Below are positions 10,941 through 22,400 of a stretch of DNA of 64,000 nt, one piece after another; positions within the stretch are counted from its first letter, which is position 1, and the number at the start of each line of letters is the position of its first letter. This DNA is from Macrostomum lignano. Lineage: Eukaryota. The position numbers and the translations under genes were made by a program. The DNA is taken from assembly GCA_002269645.1 (NCBI GenBank), contig NIVC01000558.1:248001-312000 (forward strand), written 5' to 3'. The notes under the pieces were generated by a model. It did not search any database. It saw only the letters and a list, made by a program, of their open reading frames with translations, and was not told the origin of the DNA.

Positions 10941-12184
10941 TAGTTCCTAAAGGAAGGCATCGGTCCCTAAATTAAGGTTCTAGAGGGGCATGCAGCCAAG
11001 AACTCTTGGTAAATACTAATCTGAAAAGAGGGATTTTAGTCCAGTGGGAGTGATATTATGAGTAATAACACTCACTTAACCTCAGTTTTAATGAGAAGAA
11101 ACTGGCCATCGACATAAACTCTAACTTTTCACACCGGGCTGTCGATGATTTGTATTGAAAGAATCCTTGAGATGCCTCTTAAAGCTGGTCTCCTTTTACA
11201 ACAAACAGCTGATTACCCGGAGCAATATGTACTTTTGACTGACCAACACCCATCTATCGATAATACATGTATAGCTAGATATATATTCATGCATATGTAA
11301 AATGGTTCAATATGGCAGGCGAAAAAAAGAAGCGTGACACCATCCTAAATTGACTCATGTTAGGCAGTCTGCATACCGAAAGAAAAAAATATGCAAAATA
11401 TTATCTGTTAAATCTTGTCTTCAATTTGAGCTGTCCTTTAAAACTTCCCGATGGCAATCCAGCCCTGCTCAAGATTTGTGTCTCTTCTCAACTCCTCTTC
11501 TCAGTTCTTTCTCATCTCCTTTTCTCCTTTCTCTTATCTTCTCTCTCATCGGTCTATATGAATTCTTTATTTAATAGACAAGTTTCTGAAAAGTACCACG
11601 GTAGCTTAGATCGTATTCGAAATTTGATTTTTTTATTTTTTGAGCATACTCTCGGGCTGTATTAGGATAGAACAGCTTGGGATGGGTTGGGGTGTTAGGT
11701 TAGTGGAGGCGAAGTCCCCAAATGTCAACCGAGAATTTCGGGAAGTTGTTTTTACAAAAAAATTAAGAAAAAATATACAAGATCTGCTTCTGACTAATTT
11801 ACAGTCTTATGGTAAAAATTGGCGACTTTTTCCATAGACTGCAAGTTCCTGGCTCAGAATAATAGAATTAAATAACCATTAAATAATCAATCCTATTTAT
11901 TATTGTCATTAATTTTACGGCGTCGAACACATGTCTATGGTCAAAGTCGACCAATCACAAGAGGCAATGGCCATAGACATTACAACTGCCATCTACAAGG
12001 TAGCGAGCCTGAAAATGCCAAGACATTGATGCCCCCGGAGAATTACGAGCGTATCTTGCCACTAATGACAATAATATTTATCCATGAATAGAACGCAAAA
12101 TGGAACAAATAGAAGCGAGTGCAAAAATGTAAAATAATGGATTTTGCATGTCGAGTGATGCTTTTTTCAGCTAATCTGAGAATA

Positions 12185-12500
12185 AATAACTAAAAGGTGT
12201 ATCTTGTTAAGCGCTGGTAAGCCGCAATTGGATCAGATGTGCAACCGACAGCTCAGCCGCAGCTATTGCGCAGTGCATCTCAAGGCTGCGTATGGCTGTT
12301 CAGTCCAAGGACTGGGGGGTCGCCACACACAACCCTTAATTATCACAGCTAATGCTGGTACCCATTTTACAGCTGGGTGAACTGAAGCAATGCAGAGTTA
12401 AATGTCTCGCTCAAGGAAGGACAAAAATTGTTCCAGTGGGATCGGCAATCAAACCTCCGACCTTTCTCTCGTGAGTCCGACGCTCTACTTGCTAGGCTAC
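12185..12500 (-). mobile_element. tRNA-derived SINE
   Basis: The minus strand begins gtagcctagcaagtagagcgtcggactc (A-box-like), then ggtttgattgcc (B-box-like), then ccttgagcgagacatttaactc and the central motif cacccagctgtaaaatgggtacc. It ends in an agcgctt...ttatttatt tail. This resembles invertebrate SINE2 layouts; the family was not verified. Confidence 0.6.
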
Positions 12501-12745
12501 AGCCCCTACTAGGCCACAGCCCCTACTAGGCTACAACCCCTACTAGGCTACAACCCCCACTAGGCTACAGCCCCCACTAGGCTACAGCCCCCACTAGGCT
12601 ACAGCCCCCACTAGGCTACAGCCCCCACTAGGCTACAGCCCCCACTAGGCTACAGCCCCCACTAGGCTACAGCCCCCATTAGGTTACAGCCCCCACTATG
12701 CTACAGCCCCCACTAGGCTACGGCCCCCACTAGGCTACAACCCTC
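12492..12745. repeat. 17-bp minisatellite (ctaggctacagccccca)n, ~15 copies
   Basis: Directly visible; the first 9 nt of the unit are the SINE 5' end. Confidence 0.9.
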
Positions 12746-12930
12746 CTAGAGGATGCAGTGCTGAAGTTTAGTGTCCTACTTCATTCAGTTGCGTCCATGG
12801 CTGACCATATTAAAGTTGTGTTTTTATCATTTAGTCTCAGATTGTTGGAAAAGCCTCTCTTACAGTAGAATGCAAATAACTATTGTGCGACATCATTTTA
12901 GTTATGTATATTCATTGAATATTGAGTGTA

Positions 12931-14719
12931 TTAAGTAGGTCCACTACTCGATGAGGATTTTGATCCTCGTTGTCGCTGCTGCTGTTGTTGCTGCTGCTCA
13001 GGTCGCCTGTATTCAATTTGAGTTGGTGACGGTTGAGACGGCGGTTCAAAGCCATCCCATCCGACAATACTCGCTGGGCCTCCGCCGACCTGACCACTGG
13101 AAGATGCCGCCGCCATTCGCTGCCTTCGTTGCTGCATTCTCTGTCGACGCCAGGTGGAAAAACCGCGGCCCGGATCGGCCCAGACCTCGGCGGGTCCGGC
13201 AGCGACAGCGGCGCATTCAACTTCTTCGCAGTCGCACTCGCTGCTGTCGCTGTCGTGTCGGTTGTCAACGACTGGACGAGGCGGCGGTGGCGGCAGTGGT
13301 GGCGGCTGCTGCTGTGGCGGAGGCGGCGGTGGGGTTCGCCGAATGACAGCGCCGCTTGGAGCTCGCGATCCAGTTTGCAGGGGTGCCTCGATTCTGGCCA
13401 GCATGGCGTTGCCGTGACTACGCGACGCCGTGTCATAGTCCCGCGGCGGATGCAGCAGAGGCGCTGCTGATCCGCCGCTTTCGCCGCCGCCACCAACGCC
13501 ATTGTCGCCGAAGTCGCGTAGCTTCCGTTTGAGCTCCTCGGTGACTGACTGAAGCTCCGGCGGCAGCCGGGAGGCGACGGAGGTGACCGCCGCAGCTCCG
13601 GGATTCGTTGGACAATTGACGAGTAAAGGCGTCCTTCGAAGCGGCTCGGCGCCAAAAAGTCCGCTCGGCTGAACCTCCCTGGTGGCCAGCAGTTCACTTT
13701 CTCGCTGCCGCACCAACTGTAAATGGTCTTTCGTTGTGAGGCACTTGTTTAGTCTGGCAACAAACTCGGAGACAACCTCGAGAGAGCGGCCGCGCCAGGC
13801 GTGTACGTGAACTGAGTGGCTGGATTCTTCGTTGAAGCCTTATTTTTGGTTAAGGGTGGGATACGTGTGCCGAATGGCGTAATTCTGTAATCGTTCTAAA
13901 TGAGATAATCAGAGAAAATACTAGTGACATGTTTGGTAGACCTACATATTACTGATAAGTATCTAGTGTATGCGCAGTACGGAGTTAGCAGGGGACGGCC
14001 GCTCAATGACTCTTTCATACTACAGTTTGATTTAATATTAATAATCATATTCGGAGGAATGGGTTGGTTGTGGGCACCCTGGCGCAACGTTTGCTGCGAC
14101 ATCGCCCCACAGCCAACGGTGAGGCAGTTAATCCCACCTATTCCGCTGACTCCTCAGCACACAGAAGCGCTCAGGTACTGTACGCAAGCGGCCTCGACTT
14201 TCTAATCGTCAGGCAGGTACACTTTCTCTGTGCCTTGAGGGTTTTAGTGTGAATCACACGATAACCTCCCCTCCTAGACACTTTTCCTGTACGAGGTAGG
14301 AAGTACAAGGCTACAAATGAACGTGGCCGTGCAGGTATCATGTGTTACCACCCAGCCAATTTTGTCACCCAGCAGTGTTCTGTACAAGAGTAAGTATTTT
14401 TACAAGCTACCAATTTACCGAGCAGTATGAGGCTGAACACCAATGGATCGGTGCGACCGTCCTCCTGCTGCACATAGGTGATGTCCGTGATCGGAATGGA
14501 CGGGTACCTCAGTGGTTTTTGAGTTCGCGGATCCGTTGGGAGCTCAGCAATCTTGAGCTTCTTCTTGTTGACAAACTCAAGGGTGTGTCGTTTTAGGCGA
14601 ATGCCTTGAATCCGGCGCTTGTCCATCAGCTCCTGCACCACCGGGTCGCAGAACTGACGTCCGTACACGCCTGCGGACGGCTTCCAGCCGAGGTAATCAG
14701 CAGCCAGGCCGAAGGACAT
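12931..14719 (-). CDS. PTB/PH-fold domain adaptor protein (~402 aa) with a Pro/Gln-rich low-complexity C-terminus; exons 14719-14419 and 13838-12931
   Basis: Exon 1 reads MSFGLAADYLGWKPSAG...CDPVVQELM...SIPITDITYVQQED...VFSLILL. Donor gtaaat at 14418 (phase 1) and acceptor aaaataag at 13839-13840 join it in frame to GFNEESSHSVHVHAWRGRSLEVVSEFVARLNKCL, which completes the last strands and C-terminal helix of a PTB fold. Exon lengths 301 + 908 nt make a whole number of codons. The YLG motif is PTB-like. Upstream exons are possible. Confidence 0.6.
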
Positions 14720-15155
14720 CCTTCAAATTGGCTTATGCCAAGGCTTTGCAGCCTCCTTAATTTCTGCAAGTCTTCAGCAATGGACGCTCTATGAAGCCAG
14801 TTGGGTTTGTTTAGAAATGTGAGAACAAGTCCAGGAAGTGCAGCAGGCCTCTTCGCTCTCTCACTGTCTCTCTTTACATTTCCCTGTCTCCCCCTGTGGC
14901 ACACACGGGTGGGCAAATTGGAACTGCTGGCCTGGGGCTTTGGCTCTCTTTAGTTGGCAATATCAACCTTACCTGTGAGTTTGATTGCGAGAGGCTCTTA
15001 CCCTCCCCCCACCCACCTCCAAGCCCAACGCTATTTCCTTCCCAACCAACTAAGCACTGACTATGGCTGGATCTGCAGGCCCGTTTACCGTATGCATCAC
15101 TGCTCAAGCATGTCGTGTAAGCCCTCTAGGCGATCTGTGGATGAGGGGTGGGTAA

Positions 15156-15156
<1 letters not shown>

Positions 15157-15191
<35 letters not shown>
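15157..15191. repeat. (GT)n(GA)n microsatellite
   Basis: Directly visible. Confidence 0.85.
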
Positions 15192-17044
15192 TCCCATGAA
15201 TTTCACCGGCACAGTCGGTGCCTTGAGTTGCTCTTCTGACTGTCGGCCCCCCTATGTGCGCAGGTGAGGCGCCGCTGCATTGATTAATTCCAAAGGCAGA
15301 GGACGTACCTGTGTAATGTATAATTATGCGAGCATTTTTATGCCGTACCTTTCTGAAGGTCGCAATATTGAGATACCTTTTACCGCAAGGTAGTTAAATT
15401 TGAACGTCAAAAGTGCGCTAAAACACCTTCAAAGATAGATAGAGTATTAAATGTGCTTAGGAAACTTCGAATACGTTTGTATTATTGTACAAATACTCCG
15501 TTTGAGATTGATTATAACCTCCTATTGAGGTCCTGGTCATGTAAACACAATTACATGAAAAATGGAAAATTCTTGCGAGAGTTTCGTCATTTTAAAAGGA
15601 ACAAAGGAAAAACCAAATTTAGTATTAAAAATTATAACAAACGATGTGGTCTACTTTTAGTAACGCTCCAAGGAGCGAGTGCCGTTGAAAAATTGGCTGT
15701 TGTTGATTTCCGATTAAACGTACTTTTGACCACTTAATCAGGTAAACTTGACAGAACAGGAATTGAAGTTTCAAAATGCGAGAAATTGTCAATAATTTCG
15801 TGCTAAAATGATTGTATTTCTCACATAAAGCTTTTCAAGCAACCATGAGCGCCACACCCAAAACATGTTTCTGGCATGATCTCCTTCCTGCATGGACCTT
15901 TCCTCCTTGACTTCTTTGTCAGAGGAGAAGCGGTGAAGACACCCGTCGTTTCCTGGACGTGGGCGTCGACGTCCAGGATCAGTTCGCTTTCAGAAAGCGG
16001 CGATCTCAGCCTGCGAGACCTGTAAACAGCGGGAGGCCTGCTAGCCCGAGGACGGAGTCCTTTTCATGCTCTGCTCATCGATCAAATACAAAACCAAATT
16101 CAAAATCAAATTCTACTACTCCACGAAGCAAGGGACAACTGGCAACCCCGTGAAATCCACTGCTCCACTGACGGGTCCAAAATCAACTCCCGCCTCTCGA
16201 ATTCGGGGGGAGAACTTTGGCGACCTTCTCCCAGCGCACCGGCACCTGCTCTGCCGCCTTCCAGAACGAAGTGCTTTCGGCATCAGCTCCTGCGCCATGA
16301 AGCTGGACAATCAGCGAGTCTGGTTAAAGAAGATTACCCTCCGATCCACTCAGACAGTCAATCGGCGATCTAAACCCATATACGGAGCACCACCTGCTCG
16401 CGCGTAGAGTCCTCATCTGAATTGCGCTACTCAAACGCTCCCGAGACGTCTAAAACTAGGTATCCCTAAAGTGGATTCTCGGGTCTTGGATCACCCTGGC
16501 ACCTAAAGTTTGGCTGATCGTCTGACTTTCTGGCCTTGGCATTCTCCTCCCCTCTCCACATGCCGTTATTGGACTCAACTGAAGAAACATCGGAACACCT
16601 GGGCCCTCTCAGGTTTTGGCGAGACGTGGCTAATTCGCGCATGGAGCATTTTATCTGTGAATTCCCCGTCCAAGGACCACTAGAAGTTACCGTGGTAACA
16701 GTCGTGAATATTACAAAATTATTTGAAGGCTCGCTTGTTTACGTGTATTTAGCGGTACTTGTCTTCGAAAAAGCACTCTACTCGACTGTTGTAAATAAGC
16801 TTGCACTACATTTAAGCCTCAGAAGCTCCAGAATAGGTGTATTTAAAATTTATTAAGGCTTTAATCTGTTGAATCTAGAGATTTAAAGTATTTAAATTAC
16901 TTTAAATATATTCCGTTATATGCAACCTTTGCAACTTGTTTAAAACTTTAAATATGTAGGTTTAAAGTTTTTGAATCTGTACTGTTGGTTCAAAAACGCT
17001 TAAGAAAATTATCAGATGGGCTTCTAACTAGTTGGTTAGACTTT

Positions 17045-17610
17045 TTCAAGGACAATTGACACAGGCAGAAGCAATCCTGCCAGCTTCTCAAGGACAATTG
17101 ACACAGGCAGAAGCAATCCTGCCAGGTTCTCAAGGACAATTGACACAGGCAGAAGCAATCCTGCCATGTTCTCAAGGACAATTGACACAGGCAGAAGCAA
17201 TCCTGCCATGTTCTCAAGGACAATTGACACAGGCAGAAGCAATCCTGCCATGTTCTCAAGGACAATTGACACAGGCAGAAGCAATCCTGCCATGGTCTCA
17301 AGCACAACTGACACAGGCAGAAGCAATCCTGCCAGGTTCTCAAGGACAATTGACACAGGCAGAAGCAATCCTGCCATGTTCTCAAGGACAATTGACACAG
17401 GCAGAAGCAATCCTGCCAAGTTCTCAAGGACAATTGACACAGGCAGAAGCAATCCTGCCATGGTCTCAAGCACAACTGACTCAGGCAGAAGCAATCCTGC
17501 CATGGTCTCAAGCACAATTGACACACGCAGAAGCAATCCTGCCAGCTTCTCAAGGACAATTTACACAGGCAGAAGCAATCCTGCCATGGTCTCAAGCACA
17601 ATTGACACAG
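17045..17610. repeat. 42-bp minisatellite (ttctcaaggacaattgacacaggcagaagcaatcctgccatg)n, ~13 copies
   Basis: Directly visible; the ORFs over it are repeat artefacts. Confidence 0.95.
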
Positions 17611-17960
17611 GCGCACTACACTCAGACTTAGCCAATGAGCAATGCAGTGAAAGTAGGCGGCCTCTAAATGTGTGCAGCAACTCCAACTGTCTCACTGGCC
17701 ACAGCAGAGGCAGTCACAGCACTGAGAGGTCCGAGCACCTCCAATCATTGAACAATCGCTACGGCAATACTCGCACCACTTAGTCCAGCATCTCTCCCGT
17801 GAGTTGCAGCTGCCAGTGATGTCGGAAACGATTGCTCCAGAATCTCTGCTGGGTCCTCATTCTGCAGCACTGAGCAGTCAGCAGCCTCTGACTGCACTCT
17901 CTTCATCAGAACAGTGCTAATGATTGATATTAGACCTGGCTGATTTTTCTTGATTTCCAG
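17610..17960 (-). pseudogene. Decayed hAT transposase fragment (second copy)
   Basis: The minus strand contains SVLQNEDP (paralogous to SVQRNEDP at ~18830) and AYFHCIAHWLSLSVV, which matches the hAT HCxAHxLNL motif; frames are disrupted. Confidence 0.55.
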
Positions 17961-17983
17961 CTGCCTTGCGATTTCTAGCAGAA

Positions 17984-18300
17984 TGGGCGCCGTCACCAGC
18001 AGAGTGGGCGCCGTCACCAGCAGAATGGGCGCCATCACCAGCAGAATGGCGCCGTCACCAGCAGACTGGGCGCCGTCACCAGCAGACTGGGCGCCATCAC
18101 CAGCAGAATGGGCGCCATCACCAGCAGAATGGGCGCTGTCACCAGCAGAATGGGCACAGTCACCAGCAGACTGGGCGCCGTCACCAGCAGAATGGGCACA
18201 ATCACCAGCAGACTGGGCGCCGTCACCAGCAGAATGGGCGCCATCTCCAGCAGAATGGGCGCCATCACAAGCAGAATGGGCTGGGCGCCGTCATCAGCAG
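17984..18300. repeat. 21-bp repeat (gggcgccatcaccagcagaat)n; also at 24327-24510 (hAT subterminal repeat)
   Basis: The same unit in the same orientation lies next to transposase remnants at both sites. Confidence 0.85.
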
Positions 18301-19483
18301 AGTACAATTAGGGGCTTGTAAAAATATTGTATCTCAACGCAGTAGTGGCGTAGCCATGATTTTTTTTTTGGGGGGGGGCGGCTCTGGGGGGCGCCATTAT
18401 TCGCGAGAAGGGCGCCATTACCAGGGGCACCAACTTTGTATGACTCTCAAAACTAGCTTGTATTTACCGATAGATCACATTTTTTTCTGGTTTAAGGGGT
18501 ACTCCACCACGGAAGCCACCAAAATTTAATTGATCAGCCTGCACTTTAAGCTCAAATAGTCGACATTTCTCGCACAGAAAACTATACGAGCGAATGTTGG
18601 CCGTTCGAATCAGGTGCCTCTTACAGGAGCAATTTTAATCGACGAGGCGCCATCAAAGCACCGAGCCACGCATCGCGTTAGGTCAAGTCCAATCGCCTCC
18701 AACCGACGAAAAATTGCAGCGGCAATCTTCTCACCACTAAGCCGAACATCTTCCCATGAGTCGGTGCTGCCAGTAATTTCAGACACAAGCTCTAGCTTTA
18801 AGACGGGGTCCTCATTCCGCTGCACAGAGCCGTCAGCGGCGACGGACAGGTTTATGAACTCGCAGGATGATATTCTCTGTCAGCAGCTTTAAGGCTACAT
18901 CATCTTGTCTCGCAGCAGCTTCAAGGCTACATCGGGGACTTCGTTCTGGTTCTGTGGCGAAAGATAAGAAGCATTGGCAGCTGCATGACTCACATGGTTT
19001 ACAAGATCAGCATCCCCACCTCGAGCTTGGTAACGCAACAGCGCGCGAAAGTTCCCATCGTTCATTTCAGGCTGGCCACCATCTAACAGAAGTGGCTGAT
19101 TCTCCCCGCGATGACCTCGGAGTGCGATGTTCTGGCGAGCACATGTCAGGATGGAGTCAATATAAATTGGTATTAGACCTGCACGATTTCTTCGTGATCT
19201 CCTGCTGCCTTGCGGTTATAAGCTGCGATCGGATGTCCTGGTCTTTTTCTCCATTGTGAACGCGTCTTTCAAACTGCTTCATTTTATTCATAGTTTGCAA
19301 TATGGTATGCGCTTTTTTCATGCAGTGAGAGTACACCGTGTTTCCCTGTTAAATCATCAAACCTCTGCAGAGGCATCGAAACAAGTGCACGGGCTTTCTG
19401 TCCACAACCGACCACCAACTCCAGTGCCCAAGGACAAAAGAACACAAGATGTACAGCATGCACCTTCTAATCCAGAAATTTTG

Positions 19484-22400
19484 TGTGGTGTATCGCACAC
19501 TGAGATGCACTATAGTTTATATAAATTCAAGTTCGTTATTCATTGTCGGCTGATTTTCCATGCAAGAATGACATTCTTGCACTCTTTTGCGTGCAGGAAT
19601 GGATGTCTATGGTAAAATCTCACTGAAAAAGCATTAGGCGCAGAAATGCATTCCTGCACGGTTTTGTGCATTCCTGCACGATAAATCATCCGACAATGGA
19701 ATTCCTTCACGTTCACTCGTGCGTGAAGGACATCGTGCACTCGTGCGCTAGCGCGCACTCGTGCAGATGTCATTCCCGCACTCGTGACCGTGCAGGAATA
19801 TATCAATGCCGTTTGTTTGCACTAATCGCCTCTAAGCATTCTATCGCTACAGTTTCTTCTATGGTAATTAACCCAACCCAAAGTTTCTAGAGCTCACCCT
19901 TCTGATCTCTTTCAAATAAGAAATATAAAGAATCTTAAGCTCATGAGTTAAATACTTCAGCCGGAGTTCAATTCACAACAATGGCGTCGCAGCTCGGCGA
20001 ACTGCCGCTGGATAAACCTGACCGAGCACAGGTTTGGCTGACTGCCTTTCAAGCGCTGGCCAGAGCGAAAGGCTGGTCTGATTCAACCGAAAAAAAAACG
20101 ATCGCTGACAACTTTCTCGCTATCTGTGGACTCACCGCGCTTGAAAAGCTGCAGAGTCTGGTGTCGCCACGCCCACTCACGGAGCTCTCATTCGAGGATA
20201 TTCAGACGACATTTGTCACGTATCTGCGCCCCAAAGAGAAACTGATAATCGCTGAGCGCGCGCGATTCTTCAAGACGCAACAACTGCAAGGAGAAAGCAT
20301 TTCTGATTTCGTCAGTCGTCTCCGCCAGGCGGCCACTGACTGCAAGTTCGACGACCTCAAGGCATGCAGAAGCCCTTCCGAGGAGCTAATCAGTACGGCA
20401 CTCATCGCAGGACTGCGCGATAGCCGGGAGCAGCAGCGCGTACTCGAAGCAATGCAGCTGAAACTGATGTCCGTCTCAGAAATCACGGACTTCATACGCA
20501 ACCTAGAGCAAGTCGATGGCTTCGTCGCCAGGCAGATGGACAAGGCAACCGGCCAATCTAAATCACCATGCACCTACGAAGCCACCCTTCATTACGCTCA
20601 ATCCGGTCGGCCTGAGACATCGCAGCATGCAAGCTCTCGTCGCACAATCAGCGCCTGTCGGTACTGTGGCAAGTCACACCCTGAAGGCAGATGCCCGGCT
20701 TTCGGAAAAAGCTGCTCCAAGTGTGGAAAGAAAAACCACTTCAGTACTGTTTGTAAGTCTCGATCCATGCACTACACGACTACTGGTGAGGAGGATTCAG
20801 ATTCCGCCCAACAAAAAACAGACGTACTGCATCTCATCGATGCGCTCAATTCGATTGAAGTATCCATGGAGACTGTGCGCATCAACGATAAGCCCTTCAA
20901 AATGCAGATCGACACGGGAGCATCAGTCTCCGTGCTCTCCAGTGCGCAGTGGGCTCTGCTGGGTAAGCCATCACTCATGCGTTCCAATCGGCGCTTGGAG
21001 GCCTTCGACGGGCACGTCATGAAATCGCTTGGCAAAGTGACTGCAACTGTGGAGCTACGAGGACGCCTTCAACCAGTGGAACTGATTGTAGTCTCTTCGG
21101 AAAAGACGTACGGGTTGCTTGGCCGCGACCTCCTCGAATCTGACGGTGTCTTCCATGCCAGCGATGTTCAAGCAGAAAAAACTGCCGTCGAACCTCTGCC
21201 CTGTATCCGAGGCGTTAAGGCCCGAATGGAACTGGTGGACGGTGCTAAACCACAATTTTGCCGCGCTCGTGCTGTGCCACTCGCCCTAGAAAGCCAAATC
21301 AGCGCAGAACTGGATCGCCTCCACCAACTTGGTGTCATCGAGCCAACAGAGGGTCCGGTTAGTAACGCTTCACCCGTAGTGTGGGTAAAGAAGAAGGATG
21401 GAACTCTCCGCATGTGCGCGGACTACAGCGTGCACGTCAATTCGAAGATCAAATCAGACTCATATCCCATTCCACACATCGAGACCATGTTCTCCAAGCT
21501 AAAGAACGCCAAAACTTTCGCCACAGTCGATCTACGTTCGGCGTACTGGCAGATCGAGCTTGATGAAGCTGCGAGAGACCTATCGGTAATAAACACGTCC
21601 CGCGGGCTCTATCGTGTCAATCGGCTGCAAATGGGGATGAAGAACGCCTCCTTCATCTTCCAACGCACCATGGAATCCATTCTAGGAGACATCAAAGGGC
21701 TGCTTATCTACCAAGACGACATTCTCATTCACGCGCCAGACAAACCCACGCTGGAGAAGCGCCTCGCTGCTGTGCGAACGCGTCTATCTGAGAAGCGCGT
21801 GACTATCAACGAAGCGAAAAGCATCAGCTATTGCGATTCGGTTTCGTTCTTGGGCTTCCGAATATCCGCGGCTGGTATTCAGCCCGATGATCGCCTAGTG
21901 GAGAAAATTCGCCATGTGTGCCCGCCAGCAAATAAATCAGAGCTCGCTCACTTTCTTGGCTTGGTAAACTTCTTCGGCCGCCTCATCCCAAACTTTGCAG
22001 GCAAAACTGCACCGCTTAATAGACTACGACAAGCAAGCGTTCCGTTCGTGTGGTCGGAGGAGTGTTCCAAAGCGTTCGAGAGCCTAAAGCTGGAAATCGC
22101 TTCAGCGCCTGTGGTCCAGCCCTACAGCTTGACAAAGGAACTGACGCTGACCACTGATGCTTCCAAAGGAGCCCTCGCCGCCGTGGCAACACAAGATGGC
22201 CATCCCGTGATATACGTGTCACGTAGCCTGTCCTCCGCTGAATCCAATTATTCTAACATCGAGCGGGAGGCCTTGGCTATTGTTTGGGCCATCGCACGCT
22301 TGAAGCACTACTTCCATGGCCGACCATTCACAATACGCACAGACCATCAACCGCTCATCCGACTTTTTGGCTCCGGATCCGGCGTCCCAGTGGATGCCTC

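Noticed and set aside
15850-16600. Possible gag/protease remnant on the plus strand (KCFRHQLLRHEAGQS; VDS/GSWIT with a frameshift)
   Set aside because: Two of three zinc-knuckle Cys are missing and the protease motif needs a frameshift; too weak without a search.
16990-17783. Repeat-protein ORFs (QGQLTQAEAILPCS etc.)
   Set aside because: Four frames are open over a 42-bp array, with no splice or flanking coding context.
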